In this document: in pieces, positions 26,880 through 32,000 of the stretch
Position numbering within the stretch: the stretch's first letter is position 1
Layout of the letters: each line of letters begins with the position of its first letter
Source of the DNA: Nitrosospira multiformis ATCC 25196
GTDB lineage: Bacteria > Pseudomonadota > Gammaproteobacteria > Burkholderiales > Nitrosomonadaceae
DNA: 32,000 nucleotides
Direction: 5' to 3'
Assembly: GCF_000196355.1 (NCBI RefSeq)
Contig: NC_007614.1
Span: 1,770,001 to 1,802,000, forward strand
Position numbers and translations under genes: made by a program
Notes under the pieces: model-generated
The model's database searches: none
Seen by the model: the letters and a program-made list of their open reading frames with translations, nothing else
Told to the model about the DNA's origin: nothing

Positions 26880-29800
26880 ATGGCGGAACAACAGGATGAG
26901 AAGCCAAAATTGCCGCTTGCCGGAATCCTTGCGCTATTTGCGATGGTCAGCAGCTTTCTCATCTACCAGGAAATCTCGCTCCAGACCTCCCGGCCTCTCA
27001 GCAAGGGAGTCAGTTCCCATGTTTTCATGGAAGAAGGGATTGTCCAGTCGCGGCTCTGGCAGGATCCGTTCGAGGCGGTAGAAGCCTATCAATCGGGTGA
27101 AACGAAAATACCGAAGGAGACGGGCAAGGAAATTGATGAGCCGCATCAACTCGCCCGGCTTGTCGATGTTCTCGCAAAATCCGGCGTCTCCTCCCAGCTT
27201 CGGGTCCTGCCGGTGTTCGTGGACGGAAGCCCATACTCCAGCGGCGCGGAAACCCGGCTCAACGATCGTTACGCGGTGATATCCGCCTTGGGCGCTGCGG
27301 GATACACGCCGGAATCAGGCGAATACATCCGTTTTTTCATCTGGAATCGCGCAGAAGAGAAAAAGCAGAACGAGCAGCAAGAGACGGCAGCAACCCGATC
27401 TGTCGTCATTCCTGCCGAGCTATTCATCCCCAAGGAAAAACTGGAAAGCAAAAAACATGTGCTTGTCATATGGTTGAAAGCGCAGGACTTCGGCCGCAAT
27501 CCGTTTACCTCCTTGAGCGAGTTGATGACGCACCTCGACAGCAACTTCGAGAAATATCAGATAAATCTGACGTATGACGTTCTAGGTCCCCGGTTCTCCA
27601 CTGGCCTGCGCGCAATGGTACAGGAAGTAAAAGACAAGTTAGGCGAAGAGGCAAGGCAATCCGGCGGACAGTGCCCTTCCCCCAACCCGCCATTCGATGC
27701 ATTGAGGAACGTCCGGTTTTATTCACCCTGGGCGACGGCGGAAGACACGTTCCTGCTTGACGATCCGCCCTACCCAGATAAAAGCAAAGCGGAAAAAGAG
27801 GCAGCGGAAGCAATCGACAAACTCTGCAGTTGTCCCGGCAGAACATTCGCCGGCGATGGGGTTGACGGACGAACGGAAACGGCGGGGAATCTGCCGATTG
27901 TGGAGGGCCTGTTTTCGTGCGCAGGTATTAAAAACTTCAGCAGGACGATTGGCACTGATGCAGTACTGGCCGAGCATCTGGTTCAGGAACTGAACCGCCG
28001 TCAGCTCAAGTTGAAGAATTGTTCGGGAACCAAGTTCGGAAAAGATACAAAAGAATCGTGCAAATTCAAGGTGGCGCTGATTTCAGAGTGGGATACGCTG
28101 TATGGACGCGCCCTCCCACGGACCTTTGTGGGGATAGCGTCAAGTGAAACCGGGTCCGGCAAATCCGGCCCCGAGCTGGAGACAGAAATAAATAAGCTGC
28201 GGAGAGACGAATGGCCGGAATGGGTGTCGCATCACTCGTATCTTGCAGGGCTTGACGGCGAACTGCCGGCATCGCAAAGCAGCAAAACGGAAAGCAGGAG
28301 CAACGATAAAGATACAGAAGGTGTTCTGGCCAAAGGCAAGGCATGGTACGAAGGACGGTCGGCGGCGACCAAGGGAAATGCGAACCAAAGGCCCGAGGGC
28401 CGCAGCCAGATTGATTATCTCATCAGACTGGCGGCGGCGCTGAAACAGGAGGAAGCGAAGGATGGGAAATTCAGGGCAATTGGCGTGCTGGGAAGTGATG
28501 TATACGACAAGCTTCTGATCCTTCAAGCACTCCGCCCACAGTTTCCAACCGCCATATTTTTCACGACCGACCTCAACGCCAGGCTTGCCTATCCTGCCCA
28601 GTGGGAATTTACCCACAATCTTGTCATCGCCTCACATTTTGGATTGGAGTTGCAACCCGAACTGCAAATACCCATTCCCCCGTTTAGAGATAGTTATCAG
28701 ACATCCCTGTTCTATGCCGCTTTGATGGCACTCGAACATCTCACCCCTGTTCATGCAGATGAACCGAATTGCCCCAATTGCGTCAAGCTGAACGCAGAAA
28801 TGAACAGGGATGGCAAGCCGGATAATTTTTTTGCAAATACAGGAACGAGGCTGTATGAGATCGGAAGGACCGGAGCATTCGATATCAGCATTGATCCGCA
28901 TGGACCTTCCACAGCTTATGAAAGCATCCATCCGACCCGCCCAGACCTGGATGCCTATTTCGACACGCAACGAAATCTCAGGTGGCTGGCAGAAGCGTTC
29001 GCCGCGATCGTCATTCTCATTCTTGGCATCATACTGATCAGTACCAGGATCGCCGATTTTTTTCATAACCTTGCCATGACCAAATTATTCTGGGCAGGTT
29101 TGGTGGTTGGTGTCGGTGCATGCTACAGCTTGGTCAAATGGGTGCCCTGGAAGGCGCTTGATGTCGCAGGAAGCGAGCCCTTCGTGCTCACAGAAGGGAT
29201 CAGCGCATGGCCAACAGCAGCGATCTGCCTGCTCGCACTGGTCATGAGTCTGCTCTTTTTATGGTATTCGTGGCGGAAGATGAAAAATAACGAAAATGTT
29301 CTGACACACGAACTGGATCTCGAAGATAAAGGTACAAGTTTTACCGATACTTCCCTATGTGATCCCGAAAAAGATGCCCGTTACAAGAGATTTCCATTCA
29401 GGATTTTTTCCCAGGCTATTCGACGCATCCTGGGCCTGCAGATCTGGCGTCCCCAAAGTAGTGACGAGATCGATGCTGTTCGCCTCTGGCGAGAATATGT
29501 CTCCCTCGGCGCTCTGAAAAATTTCGCAACCCGGGGCCTGCCGCAGCTGGTTGTCGCACTAAGTTTCGCCTGGCTGACGATGATGCTGTTCGGCTTTCCA
29601 AATACGCCCTGCCGGGGTTCGGGCTGTTTCCTGATAAGCAATAGCCTCTTCATCATGAGCGGCACGGCGATGATGATACTGATATTTTATGTGGTGGATG
29701 CCACAAGGTTGTGTCGGCGCTGGGTCAATTGCATTGCCACGAATAAAATCCATTGGCCCGCCGGCACACTCGGGAGAATAACCAGCAAGAGCGGCATCAA

Positions 29801-30263
29801 CAAAGAGAATCTGGATGAATGGTTGGGCATCGAACTGATTGCCGAACGCACGACTGTCATCGGCAATTTCGTCTATTTCCCGTTTATCATCGTTGTTCTT
29901 CTAATCATCGGGCGCCATGGTTATATCGATAACTGGGGGTTTCCTGCCTCGCTGGTCATTATCTTCTCCCTCAATGCGATACTCGTTGTCGGGAATGCGC
30001 TGGCGTTGCGAAGATCGGCCGAAAAAGCCCGGCGCGAGGCCATCAGGCGTCTGGAGAGCAGGCTGATCCAGCTATCCGGCCAGGCACCGGAAGAAATAAA
30101 GCAGAGGCAGCAGATCGAGTGGACAATTCACACGATCAAAAATAACAAAAGAGGGGCCTTCCTCCCCTTCACACAGCACCCGATATTCGGGGCGGCGATC
30201 GCATTGCCGTCCGGGGGCTATGGACTTCTACTCCTGCTGGAATATTTTGCCACCGGGCAGTAA
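26880..30263 (+). CDS. Uncharacterised 1127-aa polytopic membrane protein with an N-terminal anchor helix, a ~670-aa non-membrane domain, a cluster of about 7 C-terminal helices and a coiled-coil tail
   Basis: The ORF is long and clean, and its codon usage resembles its neighbours. Hydrophobic segments lie at about aa 12-29, 702-723, 735-755, 776-797, 888-905, 917-939, 993-1011 and 1021-1043. Between aa 30 and 700 there are charged low-complexity linkers and Cys motifs (LCSCPG, NCPNC). I do not recognise the family. Confidence 0.8.
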   Translation: MAEQQDEKPKLPLAGILALFAMVSSFLIYQEISLQTSRPLSKGVSSHVFMEEGIVQSRLWQDPFEAVEAYQSGETKIPKETGKEIDEPHQLARLVDVLAKSGVSSQLRVLPVFVDGSPYSSGAETRLNDRYAVISALGAAGYTPESGEYIRFFIWNRAEEKKQNEQQETAATRSVVIPAELFIPKEKLESKKHVLVIWLKAQDFGRNPFTSLSELMTHLDSNFEKYQINLTYDVLGPRFSTGLRAMVQEVKDKLGEEARQSGGQCPSPNPPFDALRNVRFYSPWATAEDTFLLDDPPYPDKSKAEKEAAEAIDKLCSCPGRTFAGDGVDGRTETAGNLPIVEGLFSCAGIKNFSRTIGTDAVLAEHLVQELNRRQLKLKNCSGTKFGKDTKESCKFKVALISEWDTLYGRALPRTFVGIASSETGSGKSGPELETEINKLRRDEWPEWVSHHSYLAGLDGELPASQSSKTESRSNDKDTEGVLAKGKAWYEGRSAATKGNANQRPEGRSQIDYLIRLAAALKQEEAKDGKFRAIGVLGSDVYDKLLILQALRPQFPTAIFFTTDLNARLAYPAQWEFTHNLVIASHFGLELQPELQIPIPPFRDSYQTSLFYAALMALEHLTPVHADEPNCPNCVKLNAEMNRDGKPDNFFANTGTRLYEIGRTGAFDISIDPHGPSTAYESIHPTRPDLDAYFDTQRNLRWLAEAFAAIVILILGIILISTRIADFFHNLAMTKLFWAGLVVGVGACYSLVKWVPWKALDVAGSEPFVLTEGISAWPTAAICLLALVMSLLFLWYSWRKMKNNENVLTHELDLEDKGTSFTDTSLCDPEKDARYKRFPFRIFSQAIRRILGLQIWRPQSSDEIDAVRLWREYVSLGALKNFATRGLPQLVVALSFAWLTMMLFGFPNTPCRGSGCFLISNSLFIMSGTAMMILIFYVVDATRLCRRWVNCIATNKIHWPAGTLGRITSKSGINKENLDEWLGIELIAERTTVIGNFVYFPFIIVVLLIIGRHGYIDNWGFPASLVIIFSLNAILVVGNALALRRSAEKARREAIRRLESRLIQLSGQAPEEIKQRQQIEWTIHTIKNNKRGAFLPFTQHPIFGAAIALPSGGYGLLLLLEYFATGQ

Positions 30264-30264
30264 T

Positions 30265-30546
30265 AGCCCTGGGAGCGGGGGGGATGAAGTGAGATTCCAT
30301 TGCGGCGTAATACCCTTTTGTCTGAGGGCTGCCCTGAACCAGTCAGCATCATAGCCGCGATCCCCCAGCAACTTTTTTGCCCTGGGCAGGGCAGGCAACA
30401 ACAGGGCCCACCCTTGTAATCGCTCATCTGTCCTTCGGAGAGCAGCAGGGCAACAGGCTTGCCCCTGCCGTCGCACACGGCATGGAGTTTTGAATTCAAG
30501 TCGCCTTTCGTGCGACCGATACGGCGGGGAACATCCCCTTTTTTAA
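30265..30546 (-). pseudogene. Relic of an IS5-family (IS427-like) DDE transposase gene, truncated at both ends with at least two frameshifts
   Basis: Minus-strand translation gives RRIGRTKGDLNSKLHAVCDGRGKPVALLLSEGQMSDYKG in one frame and LLGDRGYDADWFRAALRQKGITP in a second frame. It then returns to the first frame for HPPRSQG. These correspond to the conserved GRSRGGLTTKIHA...GQ..D...LLADKGYD....R..L...GI.P.IPPR.NRK core of IS5-family transposases. No terminal inverted repeats are evident, and neither the N-terminal part nor the C-terminal ~70 aa is present. Confidence 0.75.
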
Positions 30547-30564
30547 AAGGCTGGCTGCCGTACG

Positions 30565-30783
30565 GTGATAGATGATAACAACAGGCCCGATCTCGGGGAC
30601 TTCCAGATGGTGGCGATCACCATCCTCACGGTAATCATTTATGCCATATCCGCAATCGAATTCATGGAGAACATCGAATTCCGCCGCGTGGTTACCATGC
30701 CGGACGTGGATGCAACACTGCTGTCAATATTCGGCTTGGGCCAAGCAGCCTATCTCGGCAAGAAAGCCGCCGGCGAGCAGTAG
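30565..30783 (+). pseudogene. Orphan 3' gene fragment encoding a hydrophobic C-terminus (reading frame open from 30547)
   Basis: The translation is ...NNRPDLGDFQMVAITILTVIIYAISAIEFMENIEFRRVVTMPDVDATLLSIFGLGQAAYLGKKAAGEQ. The frame opens directly at the edge of the IS relic, there is no RBS, and the only start is a GTG. It looks like the tail of a membrane protein cut off by the IS event. Confidence 0.3.
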
Positions 30784-30932
30784 TTTGATAGCTCCAATAC
30801 ATCCTGCGCAGATTGCTTTTGCGCTACAAGGCGTCTGCATCGCGGCCCTTCCTTTCAGATTTAAGTCGTTCTTGTAAAAGAACTTACTCGTGATTCCGGC
30901 CACGTGCACCTGCCATTTATGAGAAACGCGGG

Positions 30933-32000
30933 CTAAAACCTCCAGTCGAGATTTGCCCGGACACCGTTATCCACGACGTTGCTAAATACTTGTCCGGTGT
31001 AGGCAATGCCCAGGATCGCGTTCTTGCCAACGCTTGCGTCCAGGCCCGCCCCTATGATCATTGCGTCTTTCGCGATGGGAGTGCCTGCAATGCCAAATGC
31101 CGAACCACCACTGAAAGCCACGGACGAGCGGGTTGGAACGCTGTCAAAGGCATGACGCCATCCCAGACTGCCCCGCAGCCTTGTGGTCGTCCCCCCTGCC
31201 GTGGAAAACATGCTCGCCGCATTCATGCCCACCGTACTGTAGGTAACGCCTTCGTTATCCCTGGAACTGCTCAATGCTGCAATGCCTCCCCGTTCCTGGA
31301 AACCCTTGGTGGCGAGATTGACATATGCCACCCCCGCGAAGGGCTCCAGCGAAACGTTCTTGAACGGCAGTTCGTAGCCCAGCTCGCCAAACACTTGGCC
31401 GGTGCGGCCGCGATAATCCCCTTTCGCCTGGTTGTTGAAACCCGGGAAAAGGATATTGCGGTTCGTTTCGAAGTCATGCCAGGTATAGCCGCCGCCAAAA
31501 CGCAGACCGAGGGCATGCCAACGCGTGCCGCCATAAGCCGTTACGTGATAGTTGTCGCTTGAACCTGTTGAAAAGCGTTCGTTCACATTAAAGGACGAAT
31601 TGCTGTAGCCCCCGGCAATCCCCAGACGCAGGAGGTCGGCAACAAGAGTATCGCCTCCCATGAAAAAACCCCCGATGTTCCGATTGATGCGCGCCGCATT
31701 CATATCTCCGCTACGGTGTCCGAAAGAACCGAATGTACGGGTCCAGAATGCGTGGCCAGTTGCTCTGTTTTCTTGCAGGGTTTGCCCCGATGCCCGGGAA
31801 ACAGTCACGCCCGGCCAGCTAAAGGACTGACGCAAGCGATCATTGACCGCTTCGCGCAGGAAACGGCTATCCTCGATCATGACGCCCTTTGCGCTGGCAT
31901 GAAGTTCTCCTGAAAGGCTATCGAAAGCCCGTCTCGCGGCATCCCGATCAGGAAGACCGGTAATCGTGTCGTACAGTGAATGCCCGGAGCCCAGGCTTTC
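30933..32000 (-). CDS. Autotransporter outer-membrane beta-barrel (translocator) domain. The passenger domain lies beyond position 32000.
   Basis: The frame stays open upstream of the ATG at 31880 to the window edge. I read ESLGSGHSLYDTITGLPDRDAARRAFDSLSGELHASAKGVMIEDSRFLREAVNDRL, the classic autotransporter linker. Alternating beta-strand sequence follows, ending in the aromatic terminus NLDWRF. Confidence 0.88.
   Translation of the reverse strand, partial: ESLGSGHSLYDTITGLPDRDAARRAFDSLSGELHASAKGVMIEDSRFLREAVNDRLRQSFSWPGVTVSRASGQTLQENRATGHAFWTRTFGSFGHRSGDMNAARINRNIGGFFMGGDTLVADLLRLGIAGGYSNSSFNVNERFSTGSSDNYHVTAYGGTRWHALGLRFGGGYTWHDFETNRNILFPGFNNQAKGDYRGRTGQVFGELGYELPFKNVSLEPFAGVAYVNLATKGFQERGGIAALSSSRDNEGVTYSTVGMNAASMFSTAGGTTTRLRGSLGWRHAFDSVPTRSSVAFSGGSAFGIAGTPIAKDAMIIGAGLDASVGKNAILGIAYTGQVFSNVVDNGVRANLDWRF

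Noticed and set aside
1-32000. CRISPR arrays, rRNA or tRNA genes, and intact mobile elements
   Set aside because: Reading the intergenic regions on both strands, I saw no regularly spaced repeats, no rRNA-like or cloverleaf-compatible sequence, and no complete IS with inverted repeats.

Overview
This looks like a chromosomal window of moderate GC. The gene content suggests a betaproteobacterium, possibly Nitrosomonadales-like, but that is only an impression. About 0-25.9 kb is densely packed with recognisable genes. These are putA (5' part, running off the left edge and absent from the ORF track), a cation:proton antiporter translationally coupled to a YbdK-type carboxylate-amine ligase, and a C26 gamma-glutamyl hydrolase. 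They are followed by the conserved alaA-hom-thrC block, small Mth938-like and VOC genes, and a three-gene sensory operon (membrane-anchored UrtA/AmiC-like binding protein, 1.4k-aa hybrid histidine kinase, REC-EAL phosphodiesterase). Next come an HDAC-family deacetylase, a LapD-like degenerate GGDEF-EAL receptor, a 714-aa EF-hand protein with a C-terminal membrane anchor, class I FBP aldolase, crcB and DUF190. The right-hand 6 kb (25.9-32 kb) looks accessory. It holds a ~1 kb gene-poor gap with an orphan intrinsic terminator, a 1127-aa polytopic membrane protein I cannot assign to any family, a frameshifted and doubly truncated IS5-family transposase relic that begins directly after that gene's stop codons, an orphan C-terminal gene fragment, and the beta-barrel end of an autotransporter running off the right edge. 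I saw no rRNA, tRNA or CRISPR array. The best candidates for something undescribed are the 1127-aa membrane protein, the EF-hand membrane protein, the amide/urea-binding-protein to c-di-GMP signalling operon, and a structured, repeat-containing leader upstream of the antiporter. All functional calls come from reading translated motifs from memory. No searches were run.
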